Notes: a model not told the origin generated them from the letters alone. Numbered from the stretch's first letter, positions 42,160 to 50,091 are shown. The stretch is 64,000 nucleotides of DNA from an uncultured delta proteobacterium (GCA_963796685.1 CAWCMR010000013.1:160001-224000); one strand, 5' to 3'. Made by a program: numbers and translations.

Positions 42160-42384
42160 TCATTGCCGCTTGCCGAGCCTTCGATCGATGCTCCAGCAGA
42201 GCCACGCCGACCTCACCACCTCCACGCCACACTTGGCACTCAGCCCCACGCCAACCAGGGCAAGCGCCGCCAACCTTGCGGCGGCGGACGCCATCGCCCA
42301 CAGTGCCACCGCCAGGCGCTTCAGCGCAGCCACCAGACCGCCGCGCTTCCCCTTGGCGACAGGGGCGGGCGCCTCACTACTCAT
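42160..42384 (-). CDS. Small hydrophobic protein
   Basis: MSSEAPAPVAKGKRGGLVAALKRLAVALWAMASAAARLAALALVGVGL; overlaps the upstream stop. Confidence 0.5.
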   Translation of the reverse strand: MSSEAPAPVAKGKRGGLVAALKRLAVALWAMASAAARLAALALVGVGLSAKCGVEVVRSAWLCWSIDRRLGKRQ

Positions 42385-42814
42385 CCCTGGCCTTCGCTGT
42401 GCACGCGTGCGCTTCCGCCAACGCCTGTTCATCGAAGGCCTGCATCCTCGCGATGAAGGCATCCTCCTCGCTCCTGTTGTCGATGGGAGTGGGCCGGGCC
42501 TTGGCCATGACCGCTCGAAACTCGGCGTCGGGCCCGACCGCCGCCGCCGCCTTCGACGTGCCGGCAAGCAGCTCGGCCGCGCTCTCGATGGTCATGCCCG
42601 GCATGGCCGCCAGCCTGATGGCCAAGGGTCGCCGTCCCACTGCCTCCGCGTGCCCAACGATGCCTAGGATGCGTTCGCGCTCGACGGTGGCGGCCTCGGC
42701 TCGCGCCTTCGCCTTCGCGCTTTCCCGCGCCTCTGTGAGAGCCTCAGCCCTTGCCTCTGCCTGGATCTGCGCGACCACGTCGGGATACTCGGCCCGCAAC
42801 TGTTCGAGCGTCAC
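42377..42814 (-). CDS. Capsid scaffold-like protein (Nu3 / S49 protease C-terminal type), long form
   Basis: MTLEQLRAEYPDVVAQIQAEA...ERERILGIVGHAEAVGRRPLAIRLAAMPGMTIESAAELL; GTGA-coupled. Confidence 0.6.
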   Translation of the reverse strand: MTLEQLRAEYPDVVAQIQAEARAEALTEARESAKAKARAEAATVERERILGIVGHAEAVGRRPLAIRLAAMPGMTIESAAELLAGTSKAAAAVGPDAEFRAVMAKARPTPIDNRSEEDAFIARMQAFDEQALAEAHACTAKARDE

Positions 42815-43017
42815 AATGCCACCTCCGTGGCCGTCGTGGTAAGCAGCTCGGCCGCAACCTCGACGGTCATTTCCGGCATGGCAGCGAGTCGGATAGCGGC
42901 TGCGCGCCACCCCTTGGCTGCGGGATGCGAGACGATCGCGAGGATGCGTTCACGCTCGGCCGTCGCCGCTCTCTCGTAGTTGCGCTCGAAGATCATTTGC
43001 CGCAGAGACGGGGTCAC
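42811..43017 (-). CDS. Capsid scaffold-like protein, short paralog
   Basis: AERERILAIVSHPAAKGWRAAAIRLAAMPEMTVEVAAELL, a clear paralog of the core of 42377-42814. Confidence 0.6.
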   Translation of the reverse strand: MTPSLRQMIFERNYERAATAERERILAIVSHPAAKGWRAAAIRLAAMPEMTVEVAAELLTTTATEVAL

Positions 43018-43370
43018 GACGCCACCACGCTGTCGTAGGACTTCATCCGCCGCAAAAAGGCCTCGGTTTCGGGATCGTCATCCTGGGCCGTGCCGGTCGG
43101 CGTTTCGCCTGCATCGAGTCTGCGCATGCGTTCGAGAAAAGCCGACTCCTCGGCCGCCTCGCTGGTTGCCGGCATCGCACGCGCGACAGGTGCGCTCGGC
43201 GTGGTGATGCGTGCGCTTGCCGTGGGCGTGGACACCGTTGTGGGCGCGGTGGCCGCGCATTCAGCGCTGCAAAAGCCCGACGTCCGCACTCCGAATCGGC
43301 CGCACGTGCATCGCGTTTGCGCGCGTTCCACGACGGCGGCCAGGGTCTCTTCGCCTTGCGTGTTCATCAC
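43014..43370 (-). CDS. Small protein with N-terminal Cys cluster and duplicated acidic AFxxRM helix
   Basis: CTCG...FCSAEC, Thr/Ala linker, EESAFLERMRRLD and ETEAFLRRMKSYD. Confidence 0.6.
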   Translation of the reverse strand: MMNTQGEETLAAVVERAQTRCTCGRFGVRTSGFCSAECAATAPTTVSTPTASARITTPSAPVARAMPATSEAAEESAFLERMRRLDAGETPTGTAQDDDPETEAFLRRMKSYDSVVAS

Positions 43371-43879
43371 GCACCCGCCTTGCGCGAGGACTTCGCCGGC
43401 TGCTGTGCTGCCAGCGCCGCTTCGAGAGCGGCCACTCGCTCGGCCAGCTTCGCCGGGTTCAGCTCGGCGGGGAGGCATTCAACACAGCACAACTCGCCCC
43501 GCGCGTTGAATCCCACAGCCGGGCGCCCAGCTTTGTAGACAGTGTCCGGATGCCTGACGCAAAACATCGGATCGATAGGAAGCTCGGCTTCCCGCTCGTG
43601 CCGGTCGCGTATCTTTGCCAGCTCCGCGTCGATTTCTGGCCGCCTTCGCGCGGACTCCGCTCGGCGCAAATCTTCCTCCGCTCGCCGAACGCACATCGTG
43701 CACCGCCGCTCCCCCACCGTTCCGTCGGCGGCGGTCACTTGGTGGGTTACGTCGCTCGGCAGATGACAGCGATCGCAGGTGTTCGGCATCTTTTCGAGGG
43801 GTATCGGAGGGCCATCGGTTGGCCCGGCCTCGGATGCCCCCCTTTCGGTGATCGGTGGTTGCAGATAGTTGGATTGCAT
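43367..43879 (-). CDS. Hypothetical Zn-binding/coiled-coil protein
   Basis: AAAGGA RBS; CDRC...CTMC and CVRH...CCVEC motifs. Confidence 0.65.
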   Translation of the reverse strand: MQSNYLQPPITERGASEAGPTDGPPIPLEKMPNTCDRCHLPSDVTHQVTAADGTVGERRCTMCVRRAEEDLRRAESARRRPEIDAELAKIRDRHEREAELPIDPMFCVRHPDTVYKAGRPAVGFNARGELCCVECLPAELNPAKLAERVAALEAALAAQQPAKSSRKAGA

Positions 43880-43915
43880 GTCGGTTCCTTTCGGTTTGTT
43901 GGTTCGGTCGAAAAT

Positions 43916-44018
43916 CCCCACCGCCTAGCCTGTGCATCCGCCTGAAAGCAGAAGAGCGGTTGCATCCGGGCGACGATTCCCGACCGGGCGCATGGTCCCG
44001 GCAAGCGAAGTGGTGGGG
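43916..44018 (-). ncRNA. Predicted four-way-junction (cloverleaf) structured RNA
   Basis: Closing stem CCCCACCACTTCGCTTG/CAGGCTAGGCGGTGGGG enclosing three hairpins with almost no linker. Confidence 0.5.
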
Positions 44019-44036
44019 TAAACCTTGAGCGGGAGA

Positions 44037-44225
44037 TCATCGGGCTGGCTCCCCTTGCGGCTGCACCAACTCGTGCTGGCGGGGCGTTTCCTGCGTCGAT
44101 GGCGTGCTGGTGCGAGCAATCGCGCGCCAACAGCGTGAGCACAGCAGTTTTCGAGCAACCGCTACGAAGTGCATCTCGGGCGTGGTCAGGTGGCACACGT
44201 CGCATGCATCGCGAGTCGCGGTCAT
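44037..44225 (-). CDS. Small Zn-ribbon protein
   Basis: CDVC...CSRC; ATGA-coupled. Confidence 0.55.
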   Translation of the reverse strand: MTATRDACDVCHLTTPEMHFVAVARKLLCSRCWRAIARTSTPSTQETPRQHELVQPQGEPAR

Positions 44226-44629
44226 GGTGTGGCCTCACGCAGGCACTTGCGACAAACCCTGCCGGAGGTCAGGCCAGGAAGAACGGTTTCGGCTTTGGCG
44301 TCGGTGCCTCCGCAGTCGAGGCACAGCCGTTCGCTTTTCGCGTGGTCCGCCGCGGCCAGTGCCTTGAGCACCGCGAGTTCCCAGGCTCGCAACCGGATCT
44401 CGAGTTCGGCCAGGTCGCCCACACCACGCTGGCAGCGACTAGCCTCTCGACCACACGCAGCCATCGCGCGGGCCACGGCGGGGAGGCGCTCTACCGTAGG
44501 CCACCGATCGTCAAGATCGGGATGCTCCCCGGCTAGGCGGGCCCATGATTCCGCCCAGAGCGCCGCGACGACGTCAGGGGTGCCGGTGCCCAGGGCGTGA
44601 GTGGTGACCAAAGTGCAGGCGGCGGTCAT
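44222..44629 (-). CDS. Hypothetical protein with C-terminal Zn ribbon
   Basis: CLDCG...VCRKC; ATGA-coupled. Confidence 0.6.
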   Translation of the reverse strand: MTAACTLVTTHALGTGTPDVVAALWAESWARLAGEHPDLDDRWPTVERLPAVARAMAACGREASRCQRGVGDLAELEIRLRAWELAVLKALAAADHAKSERLCLDCGGTDAKAETVLPGLTSGRVCRKCLREATP

Positions 44630-44805
44630 TGCAACCCCGCTGGCTTGGGCACCATGAAGATCGGCGGGCGGCCATCTTCGCCAGGACGAAGCCCACGAAG
44701 GTCAACGAGTCGCCCGCGCCAGTCGTAGCCCCAACCGATGGGCGCCATGGGCGTGGCCGTGGTGTCGGTCGTGGGCGCGGCCGCGGTGAACAGCGGGGTC
44801 GTCAT
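44626..44805 (-). CDS. Small hypothetical protein (59 aa)
   Basis: MTTPLFTAAAPTT...GWGYDWRGRLVDLRGL; ATGA overlaps at both ends; below the ORF-track length cutoff. Confidence 0.5.
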   Translation of the reverse strand: MTTPLFTAAAPTTDTTATPMAPIGWGYDWRGRLVDLRGLRPGEDGRPPIFMVPKPAGLQ

Positions 44806-46148
44806 CGATCAGACTCCGGATCAGTGCCATCCGTTGCCGACAACCACGTGGTCAGCTCGGGGGCCCATCTGCACCTCGCCGCCCCTGTCCGTCCCTCGCG
44901 GTTTTTCGCCACGATGATCCGATCCCCATCGGCGCCATGGGTAAGAAACAACACAATGTCGGACTCCTGCTCGAAGGATCCCGTCTCGCGTAAGTCGGAC
45001 AGCATCGGGTCACCACCGCGCTTTTCAATCTCGCGCGAGAGCATCGCCACAAGGAGCACCACACACCCAAGCTCCTTGGCCAAGGTCTTCATGGCGACGG
45101 GCACCTTTGCCGCCTCTTGCTCGCGGGTGTCGCCCCTCTCGCGTCCCACTTGCACCCGTTGTGCGTAGTCGAGCACGATGAGCGCGCGCTTGTCGTCTTC
45201 CTTGCCACTGCGGAGAAATCGCGGGGCCACATGGCGGGCGTGCCACCGCCGGGCCTCGCCGGTGATCTGACCGAGCCGCACGGCCCGGTCGTTCACCCAC
45301 AGCAACGACGAATCGAACCGACCGGATGAGGCTCCAATCTTGCCCCATTCCGCTTTGTCCACACTCCCGACCTTGAGCTTGTGCGAGTTGATACCGGCGT
45401 CGCCGGAAAGCCAGCGCCGACCAAGTCGCTTGAGCATCATTTCAACCGAGAAAAACGCGGTCGGTACTCCGTGCATCCCACAGTACGCAGCGACGTTGCC
45501 CACGAATGCCGACTTGCCGACACCGGGACGAGCGGAGACGGTCACAAGATCGCCGGGCTCGAATCCTTCTGCGACATGGTCAAGCGTCGGAATGCCGGCG
45601 AAGACCCGCGGAACCAACTCGCCCCGCTGCTGTTTCTCGACATCGTCAGCAGCCTCGCGGATTGCCGTAGATACGTGGACCATGCCGCAGTCGCGCGAGA
45701 GATTTTCAAGCTCGGCCGTGCCGTCGCGCATGGCCTGGATCTGCTCTTCCCAGGGTTGGCCACCGTAGGCGAGCGCCAGCGTGTTGGTGCAGGTCTCGAT
45801 CAGTTTTCTACTGGCCGCCAGCTCCCGGACAATCTGCGCGTGGTGGCGCACCTGCTGCGGGATGGCCGCATCGCTCGCGCAAGCCATCGCCCACTCGTGC
45901 CAGCTCGGCGCGAAGTGCGGCTCGGCACCGGCCGCCTTGATGGCGCTGCTGAGTGAGATGGGATCGGTCGGAAGACCCTTGGAAACGGCGGCACTGGCGG
46001 CAGCCCAGGCCTCGCGATGGCACGGCACAAAGAACTCGTCCGGGCGTAGGCCGTCCGATTCCACGATCGCCGCATCGCCGTAGACCAGCTCGGATCCGAT
46101 GACGGCCCGCTCGGCCTCGACGTTGTGTGGTGGCGTCCGGTCGGTCAT
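44802..46148 (-). CDS. dnaB: DnaB-like replicative helicase
   Basis: PPHNVEAERAVIGS, Walker A ARPGVGKS, FFSVEM, IVLDYAQ, LSREIEKRG, PMLSDLRETGSFEQESD, IIVAKNREGRTG. Confidence 0.92.
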   Translation of the reverse strand: MTDRTPPHNVEAERAVIGSELVYGDAAIVESDGLRPDEFFVPCHREAWAAASAAVSKGLPTDPISLSSAIKAAGAEPHFAPSWHEWAMACASDAAIPQQVRHHAQIVRELAASRKLIETCTNTLALAYGGQPWEEQIQAMRDGTAELENLSRDCGMVHVSTAIREAADDVEKQQRGELVPRVFAGIPTLDHVAEGFEPGDLVTVSARPGVGKSAFVGNVAAYCGMHGVPTAFFSVEMMLKRLGRRWLSGDAGINSHKLKVGSVDKAEWGKIGASSGRFDSSLLWVNDRAVRLGQITGEARRWHARHVAPRFLRSGKEDDKRALIVLDYAQRVQVGRERGDTREQEAAKVPVAMKTLAKELGCVVLLVAMLSREIEKRGGDPMLSDLRETGSFEQESDIVLFLTHGADGDRIIVAKNREGRTGAARCRWAPELTTWLSATDGTDPESDR

Positions 46149-46957
46149 GTGCCTACCTCGCCGAGTCCGGGCAGGTCTGGCCACGTGTATGGCGCCGGCT
46201 GGCCGGGCCTGGCTTGCGGGCGCGCAGCGGCCGTGCGCTCGTCTGTCCATCGCTGCTGATGCAGGTAGCTCGCCAGGTAGGGCACGTGCGCGGGATATTC
46301 GCGATCCGTCGCCTGCCAGTGCGGAACCTGCCAGGCTAGGGCCGAGGTCACGGCATCGGCTAGTGCTGCCTCGCCGCCGGCATAGTCGCGCGCCTGTCGC
46401 GTCCAGCTCACGGCGGCTTTGGCTTTCGCGTCTCGCCGGGGATAGATAGCCCAGATGCGGGCAAATGCCTCTGACACCTCAGCTCGACGAGCGCGCGCAC
46501 GCCCAGGAGCGGCAGCGGATGGGCATGTATCCTGATTTGGGGAAGGGGATCCGGATCGGGAAGGGGAACGGGAACGGGACGCTGCCACTGTCGCGCTATT
46601 CGACTGTCCATTAGACGCGCTACTAGCGCCGCTATTGGACGCTGCCCATTCTCGCTTGCGCTTCCGCTCGGCCTCGATGTGGGCCCGGCTCGGCTGGTAC
46701 TCGAGGTAGTCGTGGATCTGGTAGCCGCCCTCGACCATCTCCCACAAGCCGATGCGCACCAGCTCGGCCGCAGTGCCGGAGGCGTCGACTGTCCGCGCGT
46801 AGGCCGCGACCACCGGCAGATCGGCAGTGACGATGACGCCATCCGATTCGGCTTGCGCGGCGTAGGCCAGGCCCGCGAAGTACATCAGGCGGGCGGCATC
46901 GCTGCACCGGAACTTGCGATGCAGGAAGATCCTGTCGTCGATTTTGACCCAGCTCAC
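46145..46957 (-). CDS. Phage-type replication initiator
   Basis: WVKIDDRIFLHRKF...GYQIHDYLEYQPS N-domain, Ser/Pro linker, FARIWAIYPRRDAKAKA...YLASYLHQQRWTDE C-domain; coupled to alpA and dnaB. Confidence 0.75.
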   Translation of the reverse strand: MSWVKIDDRIFLHRKFRCSDAARLMYFAGLAYAAQAESDGVIVTADLPVVAAYARTVDASGTAAELVRIGLWEMVEGGYQIHDYLEYQPSRAHIEAERKRKREWAASNSGASSASNGQSNSATVAASRSRSPSRSGSPSPNQDTCPSAAAPGRARARRAEVSEAFARIWAIYPRRDAKAKAAVSWTRQARDYAGGEAALADAVTSALAWQVPHWQATDREYPAHVPYLASYLHQQRWTDERTAAARPQARPGQPAPYTWPDLPGLGEVGT

Positions 46958-47232
46958 GGCCCGATTACCTCGTCGGCCAGGCGCGCGGCCTCGAGCACGT
47001 CGGCGTCGGTGACGGCGGGTCGCGCCCCCCTCGCTGCGTCGGCGATGCGCTCGCGGATCCAGTTTTCGATCTGGTCGCTCGGCCACGCCACACACCTGGC
47101 ACCCAGCTTGATCGGGGCCGGGAACGTGCCAGCCTGGATCGCGGCGTAGATGGCAGTCCTGCGCAGTCCCACGCGTGCGATCACGCCTGGCAATCTCAGC
47201 AGGCAGATCGGAGCGGGCGGTGCGGCGGTCAT
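46954..47232 (-). CDS. alpA: AlpA-family regulator/excisionase
   Basis: LLRLPGVIARVGLRRTAIYAAIQAGTFPAPIKLGARCVAWPSDQIENWI. Confidence 0.92.
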   Translation of the reverse strand: MTAAPPAPICLLRLPGVIARVGLRRTAIYAAIQAGTFPAPIKLGARCVAWPSDQIENWIRERIADAARGARPAVTDADVLEAARLADEVIGP

Positions 47233-47450
47233 CGCTGCACCGGAGCGAGGTCTGCGAGCTTTTGCGCCGCGAGCGCCAGGGTGCCCGCTCGCACGCCGAG
47301 CGACCCCCGGATCCTGGTGAGTGACGCCTCGGACACCCCGAGTAGTTTGGCGGTGCGGACAGTCCCTTCTCGCTCGACGAGCTCGCGCACCGCCCGGACA
47401 AATAGCGGGCCAGGTTGGACGAGGCCGCCCGAAAGAAAATGCTCATGCAT
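47229..47450 (-). CDS. Small HTH (Cro-like) protein
   Basis: GTVRTAKLLGVSEASLTRIR; ATGA-coupled to alpA. Confidence 0.55.
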   Translation of the reverse strand: MHEHFLSGGLVQPGPLFVRAVRELVEREGTVRTAKLLGVSEASLTRIRGSLGVRAGTLALAAQKLADLAPVQR

Positions 47451-47537
47451 ACAGAAAACTCTGGCATGGCACCTCAGCGGCCGACGCGACAATTGGACCA
47501 CCTGTCGGCGTCTATTGTCGCTGGCCCGTCGCTGTGA

Positions 47538-48446
47538 CTACTTGCCGGGCTTGCGCTGGCGTCGCTTCTTTTTGCTGGTCTTGCGCTGCCTGGTCTCTTC
47601 GGCGGCCTTGCGCTCGCGTTTCTTGGCCAGCGTCTTTTGGAGCGTGACGCTTGTGTAATCGTCGCCCACCAGGTCTAGGTTCTTGAGGGCCTTGACGACG
47701 TTGTCGTTATCCTTCTCGCCGCGCTTCTTCAACTCGGCCGCAACAAGCGTCGACACTGCATCGTGCGCGCCACGCTTCGGTGGCGAGGGGAATTTGAGCG
47801 ATAGCCCTTCATCCGTCCATGTGCTCGCGAAGCCGAGAAACTGGACGATCTCTTGAGACGGAAGCGTGCCCCATTGGAACGGGTGCAGATCGTCGATGGC
47901 TCGCGCGGCTTTGAGCGCATCTGTGAGGGCCGCCCTAAGTTTGCCGAGTTCGGCCTTGATCTTCAGTGAGTCCTGACCGTGCTTGAGGTTCGCATTGACC
48001 GAGTCGAGCGCCAGGGGAGCGCGCGCGGCTTTCGGATTCTTCAGGTACGAAGGATTGCACCCCGCATACGCCTGTTCGAGCTGGGGGAAGGTCCTTTTCT
48101 TGCCATCCTTGTCCTTGCCATTGAACCACTGATGGATTCGTTGACATAGTTCGAGCCCCTTCGATCTCTGGTCCGGTGCCTTGCTCGTCGGTGCCTTGCT
48201 CGGCTCCGGCAACGCAGGCAGTCCTTGCTTGGCCCGCATCTCCCGGATCACGTCCTCGGCCGACGGCTTCGGCTTTGCCGGCGTCGTGGCCTTCTTCCTG
48301 GCCAACGCCGCTTCGACCACCGCCCTACGCTGGGCCGGGTTCTTGGGCTGACCGACCTCCGGTGCCGTCGGCGCCGAGTTCGCCTCGCCTTGAGGCGCGC
48401 GCTTCGGTTGGCGGGGCTTCGGTTGGGTTGTCTTCGTCACGTGCAT
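47538..48446 (-). CDS. Basic hypothetical protein between int and alpA
   Basis: 302-aa ORF, Lys-rich termini, no family recognised. Confidence 0.65.
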   Translation of the reverse strand: MHVTKTTQPKPRQPKRAPQGEANSAPTAPEVGQPKNPAQRRAVVEAALARKKATTPAKPKPSAEDVIREMRAKQGLPALPEPSKAPTSKAPDQRSKGLELCQRIHQWFNGKDKDGKKRTFPQLEQAYAGCNPSYLKNPKAARAPLALDSVNANLKHGQDSLKIKAELGKLRAALTDALKAARAIDDLHPFQWGTLPSQEIVQFLGFASTWTDEGLSLKFPSPPKRGAHDAVSTLVAAELKKRGEKDNDNVVKALKNLDLVGDDYTSVTLQKTLAKKRERKAAEETRQRKTSKKKRRQRKPGK

Positions 48447-48465
48447 TTCCGTCTGCACTTCCTTC

Positions 48466-48545
48466 AAAAAAAGACCGTGGGCTGGGCCAGGGGAAATGCG
48501 GCCTGGCCCTCGACCGGGGGATCAGTCCCAATCGCTGCCCACGGT
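48466..48545 (-). ncRNA. c4-like three-way-junction antisense RNA / attenuator downstream of int
   Basis: ACCGTGGGC...GCCCACGGT closing stem plus a U7 tail; inner hairpins CGATTGGG-ACTGATCC-CCCGGTCG and GGGCCAGG-CCGCATTTCC-CCTGGCCC. Confidence 0.65.
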
Positions 48546-48551
48546 GGAAAA

Positions 48552-49772
48552 CTAGATCGTCAACACTGCCCCCTCGGTCTGCTTGGGAGATTCACCGGCG
48601 GCGAGCTCGCCCAAGTAGTCCGCCCATCGTTGCATCATCGCCTTGCGCTCGGGAAGGAAGGCGGTGCGGTTGTAGGCGCGGCCGTTGGGATCGCGGACTG
48701 CGTGCGCAAGCTGCGCTTCGATCAGGTCCACGCGTTCGCCGAGGACCTCGTCAAGCAGGGTTCGGGCGGTCGCGCGGAACCCGTGGCCGCTCGCCGTGGC
48801 CTTGGCGATATCCAGGCGGCGAAGGGCGGCGTTGACCGCGGCGTCGGACATCGGCCGATCCCTGCTTCTCTGCGATGGGAACACGTAGGGGCACAAGCCA
48901 GTCAGTGGGTGCAGCTCGCGCAAGATGGCGACCGCCTGCTTGGCCAGGGGCACGATGTGCGGCGTCCCGGTCTTGCTGGCGGTGAAGCGCCACTCGGCCT
49001 TGGGAAGGTCGATGTCAGCCCACTTGGCCGCACGCAGTTCGCCGGGGCGGACGAAGAGCAGGGGGGCCAGCTTCAGCGCAGCGGCCACGATGGGCGTGCC
49101 CTCGTCGTACTTCCAGATCATGCGCAACAGGTCTGCCAGCTTCGCGGGCTCGGTTACCGCGGCCATGTGCTTGGCCTTCACCGGCGGCAAGGCGCCACGT
49201 AGGTCTGCCGTCGGGTCGCGTTCGGCGCGGGCGGTGGCGATGGCGTACCGGAAGATCTGCGAAAGGGCAATGCGCGTGCGGTGCGCGCTTTCTAGTCGCC
49301 CTCTGGCCTCGATACGTCGGAGCACGGCCAGCACTTCGGGGGGCGCGATCTGGCCGATGGGCCGCGACCCTATCCACGGGAATGCATCGTTCGTGAGCCT
49401 CGCGCGAACGCCGCGCGCATGGGACGGCACCCACGTACCTTCAAACCGCTTCAGCCACTCCTCGCCGACGGTTTGAAGGGTGTTGGCGCCTGCCTCCGCC
49501 GACGCAACCTTCGCTGCCTTCCGGTGCGCGCTGGGGTCGATACCGTCGCGAACCTGCTTGCGGGTTGCTTCCCGCTTCTCCCTGGCCTCGGCCAGCGTCG
49601 TCTCGGGATACGTGCCGAGCGATAGCAGCTTCTCTTTGCCGTCGAAGCGGTACTTGAGGCGCCACCACTTGCCGCCAGCCGGTGCAACCTCCAGATACAA
49701 CCCGCCGGTGTCGTAGAGGCGTGTCCTCTTTTCTGCCGGCTTGGCTTTCTTGCAGGCGGTGTCGGTCAGCAT
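48552..49772 (-). CDS. int: P4-family tyrosine integrase with arm-binding domain
   Basis: YDTGGLYLEV...KWWRLKYRFDGKEKLLSLGTYP, FVRPGELR, K, HGFR, LAH, YNR catalytic set intact. Confidence 0.95.
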   Translation of the reverse strand: MLTDTACKKAKPAEKRTRLYDTGGLYLEVAPAGGKWWRLKYRFDGKEKLLSLGTYPETTLAEAREKREATRKQVRDGIDPSAHRKAAKVASAEAGANTLQTVGEEWLKRFEGTWVPSHARGVRARLTNDAFPWIGSRPIGQIAPPEVLAVLRRIEARGRLESAHRTRIALSQIFRYAIATARAERDPTADLRGALPPVKAKHMAAVTEPAKLADLLRMIWKYDEGTPIVAAALKLAPLLFVRPGELRAAKWADIDLPKAEWRFTASKTGTPHIVPLAKQAVAILRELHPLTGLCPYVFPSQRSRDRPMSDAAVNAALRRLDIAKATASGHGFRATARTLLDEVLGERVDLIEAQLAHAVRDPNGRAYNRTAFLPERKAMMQRWADYLGELAAGESPKQTEGAVLTI

Positions 49773-49819
49773 CTGGGGATCCTTTCGGCCCGGGAATCGA
49801 ACCCGCTAAGTTGGGGCTT

Positions 49820-49869
49820 TGGGGGTAACTGGTTTTGGAGTCGGCGAGTTACCCCCAAGGTTACCCCCA
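49820..49869. promoter_or_regulatory. Integrase arm-type sites, tRNA-proximal att
   Basis: TGGGGGTAAC (inverted) and GTTACCCCCA-AG-GTTACCCCCA. Confidence 0.8.
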
Positions 49870-49985
49870 CACGTTCACGGCTGTCAACAGACGCAGCCGG
49901 ACTCTAGCGGAGCCAAAGCGGCACTAAATAGCTGATTTCGCTAGATGCCGTGGACTCTCGCGGACAGTGACGGATTACCGCAGAG

Positions 49986-50070
49986 TGCCGGGGACGGGAC
50001 TCGAACCCGTACGCCGCTTTCGCGACAGCGGATTTTAAGTCCGCGGCGTCTACCATTTCGCCACCCCGGC
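49986..50070 (-). tRNA. tRNA-Leu(TAA)
   Basis: GCCGGGG/CCCCGGC-A acceptor stem, GCGGA-CTTAAAA-TCCGC anticodon arm, long variable arm, GGTTCGAGTCC. Confidence 0.95.
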
Positions 50071-50091
50071 GGGAAGGCGATTGTACACCGG

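Larger units (their letters stand above)
38089..49996 (-). mobile_element. Phage satellite-like integrative element at tRNA-Leu(TAA)
   Basis: 12-bp core GTGCCGGGGACG at 38089-38100 and 49985-49996 (tRNA 3' end); GTTACCCCCA arm repeats at both ends; int, alpA, rep, dnaB, terS-like and scaffold-like genes, all co-oriented; no structural operon. Confidence 0.88.

Noticed and set aside
38089-49996. Complete prophage or conjugative element
   Set aside because: No capsid, portal, large terminase, tail, lysis, relaxase or T4SS genes recognised within the att-bounded 11.9 kb.
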